This document shows, one piece after another, positions 9,962 to 20,398 of a DNA stretch of 64,000 nt. The stretch is from Acidimicrobiia bacterium (GTDB lineage: Bacteria; Actinomycetota; Acidimicrobiia; Spongiisociales; ZC4RG35). Each line of letters starts with the position of its first letter. Position 1 is the first letter of the stretch. Below the pieces are notes generated by a model. It saw only the letters and a list, made by a program, of their open reading frames with translations, ran no database searches and was not told where the DNA came from. Where the stretch lies: positions 2,016,001 to 2,080,000 of the forward strand of contig CBDBCY010000004.1 of NCBI GenBank assembly GCA_965203555.1, read 5' to 3'. Made by a program: the position numbers and the translations under genes.

Positions 9962-11911
9962 CTAGTCTTCGTCGCCGGCGGCCGCCATTTCCGCGATCTG
10001 CTGCACCACGTCCGCATTGGCCAGGGTGGTCACATCTCCAAGCTGCCGCTGTTCGGAGATGTCCTTGAGAAGGCGACGCATGATCTTCCCCGAGCGGGTC
10101 TTGGGAAGATCGTGGGTGAAGACGATCGACTTGGGGCTGGCGATCGGCCCGATCACCTGCCTGACGTGGGTCCGCAGTTCCCCTATCAACTGACTATCGC
10201 CGGTTTGGGTTCCCCGGAGGGTCACGAAGGCGGCGATGGCCTGCCCGGTGATCTCGTCCTTGCGCCCCACCACGGCCGCCTCGGCGACAGACGGATGGGA
10301 GACCAGGGCCGACTCGACCTCGGTGGTGGAGATGTTGTGCCCCGAGACCAACATGATGTCGTCCACCCGGCCCAGCAGCCAGTAGTAGCCCTCCTCGTCC
10401 CGTTTGCAGCCGTCCCCGGGGAAGTAACGGCCGGGGAAGCGTGACCAGTAAGTATCGACATAACGATCCGGGTCTCCGTAGATGGTGCGGGCCATGGAAG
10501 GCCAGGGCCGGTTGATCACCAGGTACCCACCCCCGCCCAGCGGGACCGAGGCGCCATCGTCGTCCACGACGTCCGCCGATATTCCGGGGAAGGGGAAGGT
10601 GGCCGAACCGGGCTTGGTGGTCACCACTCCCGGAAGGGAAGTGATCATGATGGCGCCGGTTTCGGTCTGCCACCAGGTGTCGACGATGGGACAGTTCTCC
10701 CCGCCGATGTTGCGGTGATACCACATCCAGGCTTCGGGGTTGATAGGCTCGCCCACCGTTCCCAGCACCCGCAACGAAGACATGTCGTGACGAGCGGGGT
10801 ATTCATCACCCCATTTCATGAAGGCCCGGATGGCGGTGGGAGCGGTGTAGAAAATGGTGACGCCGTACTCCGCCACGATCGACCACAAACGATCCAAATC
10901 GGGATGGTTGGGGGCCCCCTCGTACATGACGCTGGTCGCTCGGTTGGCCAAGGGGCCGTAGACGATGTAGGAGTGGCCCGTCACCCATCCGATGTCCGCC
11001 GCGCACCAGTAGATGTCATCGTCAGGCTTGAGGTCGAAGACGTAGGAATGGGTGGTCATGACCGAGGTGAGATAGCCGCCCTGGGTGTGGACGATTCCCT
11101 TCGGTCGTCCGGTGGTGCCCGAGGTGTACAGGATGTAGAGGGGATGCTCGGCCCCCAGGCGAGCGGGCTCCAGCTCGGTGGGCTGTCCCTTGACCAGGTC
11201 ATGCCACCAGTGATCCCGGCCTTCGGCCATGTCAACGCGGTTTTCGGTCCTGCGGACCACGACCACCGAGGAAACATCGGGACACCTCTCGAGTGCGACG
11301 TCGGTGTTGTCTTTCAGTGGGACCACGTTCCCGGCTCGCCAGGATCCGTCCTGGGTGATGACCACACGGGCGTCGGCGTCGAGGATCCGATCGGCCAGGG
11401 AGTCGGAAGAGAAACCCCCGAACACCACCGAGTGCACCGCCCCGAGCCGAGCGCAGGCCAGCATGGCCACCGGCAGTTCGGGGATCATGCCCATGTAGAT
11501 GGCAATCCGATCTCCCTTCCTGACCCCCAGGCCCACCAAGGCATTGGCGAACTGGCATACCTGGTTGTAGAGGTCCCGGTAGGTGATGGTGAGAGTGTCG
11601 CCGGGCTCACCGACCCAGTGATATGCCACCTGGTCGCCGTGGTCGGTCAGATGGCGGTCCAGACAGTTATAGGACAGATTGACTTCCCCGTCCTCGAACC
11701 ACTTGTAGAAGGGCGGATTCTCGTCGTTGAGAACCTGGGTGGGCTTAGTGAACCAGTCGATCCGTTCGAGAGCCTGGGTCCGCCAGAAATCGAGCCAGGC
11801 AGCGTCGGCCTCGGCGTGGACGCCCTCCCGGGCGTTGGCTTGGGCGGCGAATTCGGCGGAGGGAGGAAAGGTCCTCTCCTCGATCAGCAGGTTCTCCAGG
11901 GTTTCCGCCAT
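9962..11911 (-). CDS. acs: Acetyl-CoA synthetase (AMP-forming)
   Basis: Motifs YTSGTTGRPKG, VDTWWQTETG, PKTRSGKIMRR. ATG at 11911 has an AAGGAG SD. Confidence 0.96.
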   Translation of the reverse strand: MAETLENLLIEERTFPPSAEFAAQANAREGVHAEADAAWLDFWRTQALERIDWFTKPTQVLNDENPPFYKWFEDGEVNLSYNCLDRHLTDHGDQVAYHWVGEPGDTLTITYRDLYNQVCQFANALVGLGVRKGDRIAIYMGMIPELPVAMLACARLGAVHSVVFGGFSSDSLADRILDADARVVITQDGSWRAGNVVPLKDNTDVALERCPDVSSVVVVRRTENRVDMAEGRDHWWHDLVKGQPTELEPARLGAEHPLYILYTSGTTGRPKGIVHTQGGYLTSVMTTHSYVFDLKPDDDIYWCAADIGWVTGHSYIVYGPLANRATSVMYEGAPNHPDLDRLWSIVAEYGVTIFYTAPTAIRAFMKWGDEYPARHDMSSLRVLGTVGEPINPEAWMWYHRNIGGENCPIVDTWWQTETGAIMITSLPGVVTTKPGSATFPFPGISADVVDDDGASVPLGGGGYLVINRPWPSMARTIYGDPDRYVDTYWSRFPGRYFPGDGCKRDEEGYYWLLGRVDDIMLVSGHNISTTEVESALVSHPSVAEAAVVGRKDEITGQAIAAFVTLRGTQTGDSQLIGELRTHVRQVIGPIASPKSIVFTHDLPKTRSGKIMRRLLKDISEQRQLGDVTTLANADVVQQIAEMAAAGDED

Positions 11912-12083
11912 GGTGCGCTCCTTTGTCGTTTCTTGACTCGCTCCCCGAACAGGGGCGCTGAATCCGTTGGATAGGCCGATGATTTCCCGATATGACCATG
12001 GTAGGTGACAAATCGGCCGGTCGCGTTGTTCCCACCCGTGAAGTAACAAGGCAAGTGTTTGTCAACTGCTGCCGGTCTTGGGA

Positions 12084-12425
12084 TTACCACCAGTCCGATC
12101 GGTCTGCTTCATCCTCTCGGATCCGGCGCGTCTGCGCGTCAACTGCAACGACCCTCTCTTCCTGCCGCGCCATCTCCCGGGCGGTCCTGGTTTGCACATT
12201 TGCCACAGCCTGGTGGGTCCTGGCTTGCTGATCTGCCGTTGCCCGATTCACTTCTACCTGGAGGCCGGTGGCTACTCGGAGGCGCCCTTCATCAGGATCC
12301 GCCCGGTTGGCGCGACGAGCGGGCGGCCTCGTGGGCTCGTCGTGACCGCCTGTTCGCCTCCCGACGGGACGGAACAACAGGTAGACCGCAAGGAAAAGCA
12401 GCACTTGGACCAATGTGAACGTCAT
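12084..12425 (-). CDS. Hypothetical small protein: N-terminal TM segment plus Ala/Arg/Gln-rich helical region
   Basis: Fills the gap between lnt and acs on the same strand; hydrophobic TFTLVQVLLFLAVYLLF followed by coiled-coil-like sequence. Start uncertain. Confidence 0.4.
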   Translation of the reverse strand: MTFTLVQVLLFLAVYLLFRPVGRRTGGHDEPTRPPARRANRADPDEGRLRVATGLQVEVNRATADQQARTHQAVANVQTRTAREMARQEERVVAVDAQTRRIREDEADRSDWW

Positions 12426-12510
12426 CGGCGGAACGCTAGAGATGCGGTGTGACAAAGAACGACCCGGGACGCCTGCGGCCTCCGGCGGGAGAGGGGCCGA
12501 GTTGTTGCCG

Positions 12511-14025
12511 CTAACGACGGAGGCTGGGATAGCGGTGGCGGAACCGTGAATGGAGCAATTCGCCGATCAATGCCAATATCGACAGAAGCTGCAACCAGTC
12601 TCCCAGCCTGACGTAAAGGGTCGGGCCCTGGTCCGCGGCTCTGGTCTGTGTCTCCCCGATCAGCAGCGCCTCTTCGGCGAGGGGGGTGCGGGGACCGGTT
12701 TCCCCGCCATGTGTTATGAGGGTGGACCGGCCTGTCACCGCCGTGTGGATCAAGGGCATGCCCAGTTCGGCGGCCCGCATGCTGGTGATGCCGATGAACT
12801 GGTCCGAGGCGACCGACCTGGGGTAGCTTTCCTGGCTGGTGGCGAGTATCAGCAGCCCGGCGCCTTCCCGGGCGTTCTCCCGGCCATAACGGGCGAATGA
12901 TCCTTCGAAGGAGATCACCGAGCCGAAGAGACCGAAACCCAGGTCCCAAAGTACCGGACCGTCTCCGCGAACCATGTCGCGGGTAGGCAGGTCCGCATGG
13001 AGGTTCTCCACCCACTTGAACCAGGATCTGGCGGGGATGTATTCGCCGTAGGGAACCGGATGCTGTTTGTGATACTCACTGACGATCGTTCCCGTTTGGT
13101 CGAACACCACGTTGGCGTTGACCCAATCGGTGTCGTTCAGAGGCCGGTCCCCTCCGGCCAGCAGGACGGTGCCGATTCGGGCCGCTTCGGCGCCCATGGC
13201 CTCTCCCACCTCCGGAGCGTTGATGGGATCGGCCGTCCATGAACCGGTTGAACCCTCGGGCCAGATCACCAGGTCCACACTCCCTGGTTCCAGGGTGCGG
13301 GTTATCCGCAGATGGTTCTGATAGGTCTGGTAGCGTTCGTTGGCGCAGTGCGTTCCCGGACACGGGTTGTTGCCCTGCACCACGGCCACCCGGACCACCT
13401 CCCCTTCAACCTGGGGTGGCCACAGAGCGCCGCTCACCAGCAGGAAGACCACCGCCACCGCCACGCCTCCGGCGATGCGGGCGGAGGCCGCCAGTCGGAA
13501 GCGGCGGGAAGTCAGCAGGACCAGGGCGGCGGCGGCAGCGACCATCATTACCGTCCAGCCCGAGGCTCCGATCCAACGCGCTGCACCGCGGGGCGGCGCC
13601 CAGGCGCTCAGGGCATAGCCGGACATTCCCCATTCCAGTCCTCCCAGGGGCCACCGCACCCGGATCCATTCCATCAGCGACCATCCGCCCACCGCCCTGA
13701 TAAACCATCGGGAAGCCGACAGATCGGTGGCCACGGCCATGAAGACGGCGTACAGAGTAGGCCAAACCGACAGGACCACCACGGGGGGTATGAGCGCGAT
13801 GAATCCCAGTTCCCCCAGCCAGGGCATGAGGAACCCGAAAAAGCAGAGCCCGAACACGAAACCGGCCAGCACCGCCGACGGAACCGTTTGAAGTCGCCTG
13901 GTTTGCAAAAGGAACAGTGCGATGGCAGGGACGGCTATCCACCACCAGCCCCGAGGCGGGAAAGCCAGTGACAAAGCAACTCCGGCGACGGCCGAGAGCA
14001 GGATGGGAGGGACGCGTTCGGTCAT
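12511..14025 (-). CDS. lnt: Apolipoprotein N-acyltransferase
   Basis: N-terminal TM helices, VAVVQGN, IWPEG, KQHPVPYGEYIP, MRAAELG. The usual ICFE nucleophile motif reads ISFE. Confidence 0.85.
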   Translation of the reverse strand: MTERVPPILLSAVAGVALSLAFPPRGWWWIAVPAIALFLLQTRRLQTVPSAVLAGFVFGLCFFGFLMPWLGELGFIALIPPVVVLSVWPTLYAVFMAVATDLSASRWFIRAVGGWSLMEWIRVRWPLGGLEWGMSGYALSAWAPPRGAARWIGASGWTVMMVAAAAALVLLTSRRFRLAASARIAGGVAVAVVFLLVSGALWPPQVEGEVVRVAVVQGNNPCPGTHCANERYQTYQNHLRITRTLEPGSVDLVIWPEGSTGSWTADPINAPEVGEAMGAEAARIGTVLLAGGDRPLNDTDWVNANVVFDQTGTIVSEYHKQHPVPYGEYIPARSWFKWVENLHADLPTRDMVRGDGPVLWDLGFGLFGSVISFEGSFARYGRENAREGAGLLILATSQESYPRSVASDQFIGITSMRAAELGMPLIHTAVTGRSTLITHGGETGPRTPLAEEALLIGETQTRAADQGPTLYVRLGDWLQLLSILALIGELLHSRFRHRYPSLRR

Positions 14026-14082
14026 GGATCCACCTTGTCCTGTCAGGCTACCCGGATGGCGAAACCAAGTATTCTGTGTCCA

Positions 14083-14877
14083 GTGAACAAGGCCCACATT
14101 GGAAGCGATCTGGAGCTGGCGCTGGCGGTTGCCCGCCACGCGGCGCGGCGGCTGAGGGAGGCCCTGGGCAAAAGCGCCGAAGTGGAATTCAAGGGGCAGG
14201 TGGACCCTGTCACCGAGGTGGATCGGAGGGTGGAAACCGAGATACGACAGATGTTGGAAGCCCAGCGTCCTGCCGACGCCATCGTGGGAGAGGAAGAGGG
14301 CGGGATTCTCTCTTCACAGGGACGGGCTTGGATCATCGATCCCCTGGACGGCACGGTCAACTTCATACACGGCTTGGCGCCGGTCAGCGTGTCGGTTGCG
14401 CTGTGGGAGAACCGATCTCCGATGGTGGGGGTGGTGATCGAGGCCATCCACCGGGAGGAATTCACCGCGGCGCGTGGCCAGGGAGCTTGGCGGGGCGGCC
14501 AGCCGATCGCGGTCAGTTCCAACGAACGACTCTCCCAGGCGCTGGTCGGCACCGGTTTCCCCTATGATCGGCAGGAGCGGGCCTTCGAGTACGCCGCATT
14601 GCTGGGGGCGGTTCTCGCCAAATGCCAGGGAGTTAGGCGGAGGGGATCGGCGGCTTTGGATCTCTGCTACGTGGCCGACGGCAGATTCGACGCCTTTTGG
14701 GAACAGGGACTGGCGATCTGGGACGTGGCTGCCGGGATTCTGATCGTTGAGGAGGCAGGGGGTAGGGTAACCGGTCTGGATGGAGGACAGGTCCCATTGG
14801 ACGGATCGATGGTGGTTGCCACCAACGGCGTCATACATGACCCGTTCGGACAGGTGCTGGCCCGGGCGGTGAACTGA
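14083..14877 (+). CDS. suhB: Inositol monophosphatase family (SuhB-like)
   Basis: Motifs WIIDPLDGTVNF, GSAALDLCYVA, WDVAAG. Start uncertain (14056 or 14083). Confidence 0.85.
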   Translation: MNKAHIGSDLELALAVARHAARRLREALGKSAEVEFKGQVDPVTEVDRRVETEIRQMLEAQRPADAIVGEEEGGILSSQGRAWIIDPLDGTVNFIHGLAPVSVSVALWENRSPMVGVVIEAIHREEFTAARGQGAWRGGQPIAVSSNERLSQALVGTGFPYDRQERAFEYAALLGAVLAKCQGVRRRGSAALDLCYVADGRFDAFWEQGLAIWDVAAGILIVEEAGGRVTGLDGGQVPLDGSMVVATNGVIHDPFGQVLARAVN

Positions 14878-14899
14878 TTAGAGCGAAGAGGGAGTGACT

Positions 14900-16873
14900 A
14901 TGGGAGAATCCACAGCCCAGATATTCGATTACACCGGGATTACCGCGGAGCGGATCGAGGAAATCAGCGCAGCCGCCGTGGCGGATGCCGAACTCTTGCG
15001 GTCGCAGATTCTGGAAGCCGGACTTCCTCGCACCTTCCGGAACACCCTTGCTCCTCTCGAGAGGGTGGGGGAGGTGTTCAGCACAGCTTTTGGCGAGGCC
15101 GGGTTCATGGGCTATGTCCACACCGACCCGGAAGCCAGAACGGCGGGTCGCGCCTGCGCCGAGCGGCTCTCGAAGTGGCAAACAGAACTCATCTTCCACC
15201 CGGAGCTTTACCAGGCCGTGGAGGAATTCGCCGGCACCGAAGAGGCGGCTGCCCTGTCGGGAGAACGCGCCCGGTTGCTGGAGTTCGTTCGCAGGGATCT
15301 CAAGAAGGCGGGGCACCATCTTCCGGCCGAGTCCCAGGCGCGCGTCAAGGAACTCACCCAGCGTCTAATCGAACTTGGGGTTGCTTTCTCCCAGAACATC
15401 GCGGAATACGACGACGCTCTGGAGGTTTCCCGTGAGGACCTGGACGGGTTGCCGGCGTCTTATATCGATTCTCTTCCACCTGCCGAGGGGGAAGGGCGGC
15501 TTCGGGTGACGATGGCCTATCCCCATGTCGTGCCCTTCATGGAAAACGCTCATCGCCGGGACCTGCGCCAGAGCCTCATTAAGAAATTCAACAACCGGGC
15601 GGTGGACAGCAATCGGCCGATCCTGGAAGAGGCGGTGGCAATCCGCCTGGAAATAGCGTCCCTGTTCGATGAGCCTTCCTGGGCTCATCACCGCCTTTCC
15701 GAGCGGATGGCCAAAACACCGGAGACAGTGGAGCAGTTTTACGAATTGCTGCTGGCGCCGCTCCGTACCGCTGGTCGCCGCGAGCTCGATCGGATCACGG
15801 CAATGCTCGAAGCCGACAACGAGGAGGGCCCTGCCCAGGTGTGGGATTGGCGGTACTACGACAATCAGATCCGACGGACCGAGTACGGAGTAGACCAGAT
15901 GGAGGTGGCGGGGTACTTTCCGCTTTTCCAGGTAGTGGAAGGGATGCTGGATCTCACCGGAGAAGTCTTCGGACTCCGATACCGAGGGGTGGATGCGCCG
16001 GTCTGGCACGAGGATGTGATTACGTATGAGGTCCTCGACCGGGCTTCGGGTGAGCCCATCGCCCACTTCCACATGGACCTGTTTCCCAGAGAGGGCAAGT
16101 TCAGTCATGCCGCGGCATTCCCCTTGGTGGGAGGGCGTTTACTGGAGGACGGGTCTTACCATCGGCCGCGTTCCTGCATAGTGGCCAATTTCACCCCGCC
16201 GCTCGAGGGAACACAGGCACTGCTGCAGCATTCGGAAGTGGTGACCCTCTTTCATGAATTCGGGCATATCCTCCACCAGATTCTCACTCGCGCCGAACTC
16301 GGGCGCTTCTCGGGATCCAGCACAGAGTGGGATTTCGTGGAGGCGATCAGTCAGATCATGGAGAATTGGACCTGGCAGCCTCAGATCTTGGCGCGGTTCG
16401 CCTTCCATCATGAAACCGGTGAACCCCTGCCCGCCGAACTCCTGGAGAGGCTCACCGGCGCCCAATTGTTGAATATTGCTATCTCAAAACTTCGCCAGGC
16501 GAGCTTCGGGCAGTTGGACATGGCTCTGCACGGCCCCGACCGTGACAAGGACATCGACGAGATACTGGATCGCACCACCAAGGTGTCGCTCTTTCCCCGG
16601 CAGGAAGGGACCTTTTCACCGGCCAGCTTCGGTCACCTCATGGGTGGATACGACGCTGGGTACTACGGCTATTTGTGGTCGGAGGTGTTCGGGGACGACA
16701 TGTGGAGGCGTTTCGAGGAAGAGGGAATCACCAACCCGGCGGTGGGCATGGCTTACCGGCGGGAGGTATTGGAGGTGGGGGGCTCCCGCGACGCGATCGA
16801 CACGCTCCGCGCCTTTCTGGGAAGGGAGCCCGACAACAGCGCCTTCCTTCGCAAACTCGGAATTGACGGGTAA
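14900..16873 (+). CDS. M3A family metallopeptidase (thimet oligopeptidase-like)
   Basis: HEFGH zinc motif, WDFVEA, FGHLMGGYDAGYYGYLWSEV. Confidence 0.92.
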   Translation: MGESTAQIFDYTGITAERIEEISAAAVADAELLRSQILEAGLPRTFRNTLAPLERVGEVFSTAFGEAGFMGYVHTDPEARTAGRACAERLSKWQTELIFHPELYQAVEEFAGTEEAAALSGERARLLEFVRRDLKKAGHHLPAESQARVKELTQRLIELGVAFSQNIAEYDDALEVSREDLDGLPASYIDSLPPAEGEGRLRVTMAYPHVVPFMENAHRRDLRQSLIKKFNNRAVDSNRPILEEAVAIRLEIASLFDEPSWAHHRLSERMAKTPETVEQFYELLLAPLRTAGRRELDRITAMLEADNEEGPAQVWDWRYYDNQIRRTEYGVDQMEVAGYFPLFQVVEGMLDLTGEVFGLRYRGVDAPVWHEDVITYEVLDRASGEPIAHFHMDLFPREGKFSHAAAFPLVGGRLLEDGSYHRPRSCIVANFTPPLEGTQALLQHSEVVTLFHEFGHILHQILTRAELGRFSGSSTEWDFVEAISQIMENWTWQPQILARFAFHHETGEPLPAELLERLTGAQLLNIAISKLRQASFGQLDMALHGPDRDKDIDEILDRTTKVSLFPRQEGTFSPASFGHLMGGYDAGYYGYLWSEVFGDDMWRRFEEEGITNPAVGMAYRREVLEVGGSRDAIDTLRAFLGREPDNSAFLRKLGIDG

Positions 16874-16957
16874 TCATCGCTTTGTCTCCAACCCCTAGAA
16901 CTTGGCCGGGGGCCTGATCACTACTGCCCGTTGATCGCCTATGGTCGAGTCGGAGGC

Positions 16958-17659
16958 TCAGGACTCCAATTCGATGCCTCCGAACAGGCAGGTCCCGGTT
17001 ATCGTGAGCCGGCCTGCGGCGGTGCCGGGAGACGGTGGGGAACGATCATCGTCGACGCCGCCGAATAAATTGGTGGTTCGAACATCAACGATCCAACCGT
17101 CGGGGACGCGAATCGAAACGCCGCCGAATACCGCCGTGACGTCCAGGGTGGCTTCGCCGGCGGCGAGGCCCGCGTCCAGCAGGTTTAACTTGGAACCACC
17201 GAACACGCAGGTAATCCGGCCGCCCGAGAAGTTGTGATCCGTGACTCTTCGTCTGTCTTCTCTGAAGACGGTGGTGACGTCCAATTCGCCCGGTACGGAA
17301 TTGTCGTCAAGATAGGGTTCGGGCGCCTGTCGGGCCCTTTTCCTCTTCCGGCTCAACAGCATCTTTGCTCCCACCAGGATCAGGACCACCGGCCAGAACC
17401 GCCAGATGTCCCCAATGGTGTACTCCCAAACATCCTGTGTATCCAGGAGGAAGAACACGCCCAAGGCGATCAGCACCAGGCCCCCGAACCAGGAGCGGTT
17501 CCGTGCCATGTTCCAGAGTCCCACCGCGATCAGGATGGCGGGCCACCATCCACCCCACGGGATGTTCCAATCGGTGAGATTCTCCAAAAGGAACACGACA
17601 CCGATGACGAGGAACGCCAATCCGACGACAACTCGGCGGCCTCGATCAGATTTTGCCAT
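16958..17659 (-). CDS. LiaF-related membrane protein (TM repeats plus C-terminal beta-rich domain)
   Basis: Repeated WPxxLI TM motifs; C-terminal VFGG repeats; SD AAGGAG. Confidence 0.8.
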   Translation of the reverse strand: MAKSDRGRRVVVGLAFLVIGVVFLLENLTDWNIPWGGWWPAILIAVGLWNMARNRSWFGGLVLIALGVFFLLDTQDVWEYTIGDIWRFWPVVLILVGAKMLLSRKRKRARQAPEPYLDDNSVPGELDVTTVFREDRRRVTDHNFSGGRITCVFGGSKLNLLDAGLAAGEATLDVTAVFGGVSIRVPDGWIVDVRTTNLFGGVDDDRSPPSPGTAAGRLTITGTCLFGGIELES

Positions 17660-17810
17660 CTCTTCTCCTTGTCTCCTGTTTCTTCCGGCCGATGGTAGGG
17701 GAAGCAGAGCACAACATAATCGGGGGATGACCGCGCGGGCGGACTCGGGCAAGCGCCGTTCTCAACCCCTGCCTTTGCTTGAAGGCAGGCCAAAAAGAGT
17801 GGCAAAATCT

Positions 17811-17857
17811 TTTGTAAAGGTGTTTGACAAATAGGTTGTAGTGCACTTACACTGCAA
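17811..17857 (+). promoter_or_regulatory. Sigma70-type promoter with overlapping ROK-type operator palindromes
   Basis: TTGACA (17824-29), N18, TACACT (17848-53). TTTGTAAA-ggtgt-TTGACAAA (17811-31) covers the -35 box; TTGTAGTG-N6-CACTGCAA (17836-57) covers the -10 box. Confidence 0.7.
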
Positions 17858-17928
17858 TTTCAAACCCACACGGGAGCCTCCGACCTCCCTTGCCAACGGC
17901 CTTTAGGAGCGAAAGGTATGGAAAGCCA

Positions 17929-19134
17929 GTGATCGAAGAGTCGGGTTCCGGCATGCTTCGACTCCGAAACGGTCAGGCCGTTTTCGACCACTTTGTCGAA
18001 GCCGGCAGCCAAACCATCTCCCGGGCCGAACTTGCCCGCCTGACCGGACTGTCAAAGCCCACGGTGAACGCGCTGGTGTCCGACCTGGAGAAGTCGGGAG
18101 TGGTGAAACTGATTCCCTCCGTCCAGACCCGCGGCCGGATCGGTAGGCCGGCGGCTTCTTACCAATTGGCGGCTGACGCGGCCATGGTGGTGGGTGTCGA
18201 CATGGGAGCAACGAAGACCCTGGTGGGAGTCGCGGATCTGCTGGGAGAGGTGATAGCCGTGGAGCGGATCGAGACCGCACCCCACGCAAGGGCGGCGGTT
18301 GACGGGGTGGTGGCCACCACACGTCGTCTGCTGGAGGGCCTTGGGGAGCGGGCTTGCCGGCTCGAGGGCGCCTGTGTAGGAGTTCCGGGCGTCTACCGGC
18401 CCGAGTTGGACCGAGTGGAAATGGCGCCCAACCTGCCGGGGTTCGGGGATCTGGCGATCGCGGCGGAGTTGTCGAGGCAACTGGGGATTCCGGTGAGCAT
18501 TGAAAACGACGTCAATCTGGCCACTGTGGGAGAGGCGAATGCCATGACCGGGGAGGGGGTAAGGGATTTTGCGGCCATCTCGATCGGAACCGGGATCGGT
18601 ATGGGGATGGTCCTGGACGGGGAACTTTATAGAGGCGCCCATGGGGCGGCCGGCGAGATCGGGTCGGTAAAGCTTCCCCGGGTGGGCGGTGACGTGTTTC
18701 ACGCTCTCACGCTGGAGGACGTGGCGTCGGCGCCGGCTATCCGCAAACTGTTTCACCGAGCGGTCGAGGCCGGGCATCGTACCGGTTTGAACGGTGACGT
18801 CGACGTGCCCGCCATTTTCTCCGCTTCGGCCCAGGGGGACGAGGCAGCGAGGGCGGCGCTTCGCATAGCGGCCGACTCGGTCGCTTTTGCAACGTCCTAC
18901 TTCTGCTGGGTAAATGACCCCGCCCTGGTGGTGTTCGGGGGAGGCGTAGGCGCCAATCCCGTTTTTGTGGAGGCGGTAAGAGCGCGGATCGGACGCTACC
19001 TGACGGTGGTTCCGGAACTGGTGCCTTCCACTATCGGTGGACAAGCCGCATTTTTGGGGGCGGTCTCCACGGCGCTCTCCTCGGTGCACAAGTCGTTGGT
19101 CACCAGGCGACTGGGACGAAGGAGCGGGAGATGA
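17929..19134 (+). CDS. ROK family transcriptional repressor
   Basis: N-terminal HTH SRAELARLTGLSKPTV; GVDMG, ENDVN, GTGIGMG, AGEIG. Confidence 0.9.
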   Translation: MIEESGSGMLRLRNGQAVFDHFVEAGSQTISRAELARLTGLSKPTVNALVSDLEKSGVVKLIPSVQTRGRIGRPAASYQLAADAAMVVGVDMGATKTLVGVADLLGEVIAVERIETAPHARAAVDGVVATTRRLLEGLGERACRLEGACVGVPGVYRPELDRVEMAPNLPGFGDLAIAAELSRQLGIPVSIENDVNLATVGEANAMTGEGVRDFAAISIGTGIGMGMVLDGELYRGAHGAAGEIGSVKLPRVGGDVFHALTLEDVASAPAIRKLFHRAVEAGHRTGLNGDVDVPAIFSASAQGDEAARAALRIAADSVAFATSYFCWVNDPALVVFGGGVGANPVFVEAVRARIGRYLTVVPELVPSTIGGQAAFLGAVSTALSSVHKSLVTRRLGRRSGR

Positions 19135-20390
19135 AGAACGCGGCGGCCGTCATCGCCGCCGCGGTCGATGCCGACTCTCTGGTCGACCTGGTCCGGGATG
19201 CGGTGCGGATTCCCAGCATCACCGCGGATGAAGGGCGTTTCGCCGATTGGGTGAGAAGCCGGCTGGAAGAGGGTTGCTGGCACGAGGTCGATCAGGTGGA
19301 GGTGGAGCGGGGCCGCCCGAATGTGTATTCACGGGCAGGCGCCGGAGAGCATGGAACCCGGTCCCTGGTGCTGGCCGGGCACCTGGACACTGTCCATGCC
19401 GAAGACTGGACACAGGAGTGGAGAGGCTCTGATCGTGACGATCCGTTCGCCGGTCAGGTTGTCGACGGGGAGATTTGGGCGAGGGGAGTAACCGACCAGA
19501 AGGGAGGGATCTGCTCCATCATCGAAGCGGTTCGGGCGATCTATCGGGCCGGATACCGACTGAGGGGGTCGGTGATCGGATTGTTCGTATGCGATGAGGA
19601 GTCCGGCCAGCCGGGAAGCGGGGTCTCCCTGGGGATGCGAGCCGCAGTCAAGGAGCTCTTGGAAGGCTCTGGTAGCCCGCCCGACTTTGCGATCTACACA
19701 GAGCCCACCACCGGCGCCATCTACACCGCCCAGATGGGATTTCTGATAGCCGACATCACCCTGGTGGGCAAGTCTGCCTATTTTGGCAGGCCCGAACTGG
19801 GAGTGGACGCGCTGAAGGCAGGGCACGCCCTGCTCGGTGCTCTGTGGGATCACAACGAGACGCTGTCTACGGGAGAAGCCCACCACCTGCTGGGAGAGCG
19901 GTTCCTGCTGGTGACCACGGTCGGGTCGGGGGGTAACATCGCCGTGCCCGGAAAGTTCGAACTGTCGCTCATTCAAAAGTTCCTGCCCGGGGATGACCTC
20001 GATGCGGCGGCCACGGCCTTGCGGGAGATCACCGCCGGAGTCGCCGAAGAGCACGGGGTCTGTTCCGAGGTGGTCTTCTCCGCTCCGAGAGATCACTCGG
20101 TGGGGGGTACCCCCGATGAGATATCGGCTAATCATCCGGGTGTGCTTGAGTTGGCCGGCGCCATCGAAGCGACCGGCGGCCGGCAGGCGAGAATCGAAGG
20201 AGCGCCCTACTGGTCGGAGAAACCGATGCTTCGGTCGGCAGGCATTCCAGGCGTCTACTTCGCGGCAGGTGATATCGCCACCTGTCACACACCTTTTGAA
20301 CGACTACCGATAGAGGATTTCGTGTCTTTGACCCGTGCCCTGGCCTACTTCGTGGCGTCGTGGTGCGGGGTGGAGAAGTCCGCAACCTAG
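19131..20390 (+). CDS. M20 family (ArgE/DapE-like) metallo-deacylase
   Basis: Motifs GHLDTV, RGVTDQKGG, CDEE, TEPT and C-terminal CHTPFE. Confidence 0.85.
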   Translation: MKNAAAVIAAAVDADSLVDLVRDAVRIPSITADEGRFADWVRSRLEEGCWHEVDQVEVERGRPNVYSRAGAGEHGTRSLVLAGHLDTVHAEDWTQEWRGSDRDDPFAGQVVDGEIWARGVTDQKGGICSIIEAVRAIYRAGYRLRGSVIGLFVCDEESGQPGSGVSLGMRAAVKELLEGSGSPPDFAIYTEPTTGAIYTAQMGFLIADITLVGKSAYFGRPELGVDALKAGHALLGALWDHNETLSTGEAHHLLGERFLLVTTVGSGGNIAVPGKFELSLIQKFLPGDDLDAAATALREITAGVAEEHGVCSEVVFSAPRDHSVGGTPDEISANHPGVLELAGAIEATGGRQARIEGAPYWSEKPMLRSAGIPGVYFAAGDIATCHTPFERLPIEDFVSLTRALAYFVASWCGVEKSAT

Positions 20391-20398
20391 GAGGAACC

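Noticed and set aside
10715-11974. Long antisense or alternate-frame ORFs (also 3095..4066, 18052..19089, 31021..32241, 58117..59211, 60351..61814)
   Set aside because: Typical shadow ORFs of high-GC genes; no motifs, and they overlap well-supported CDSs.
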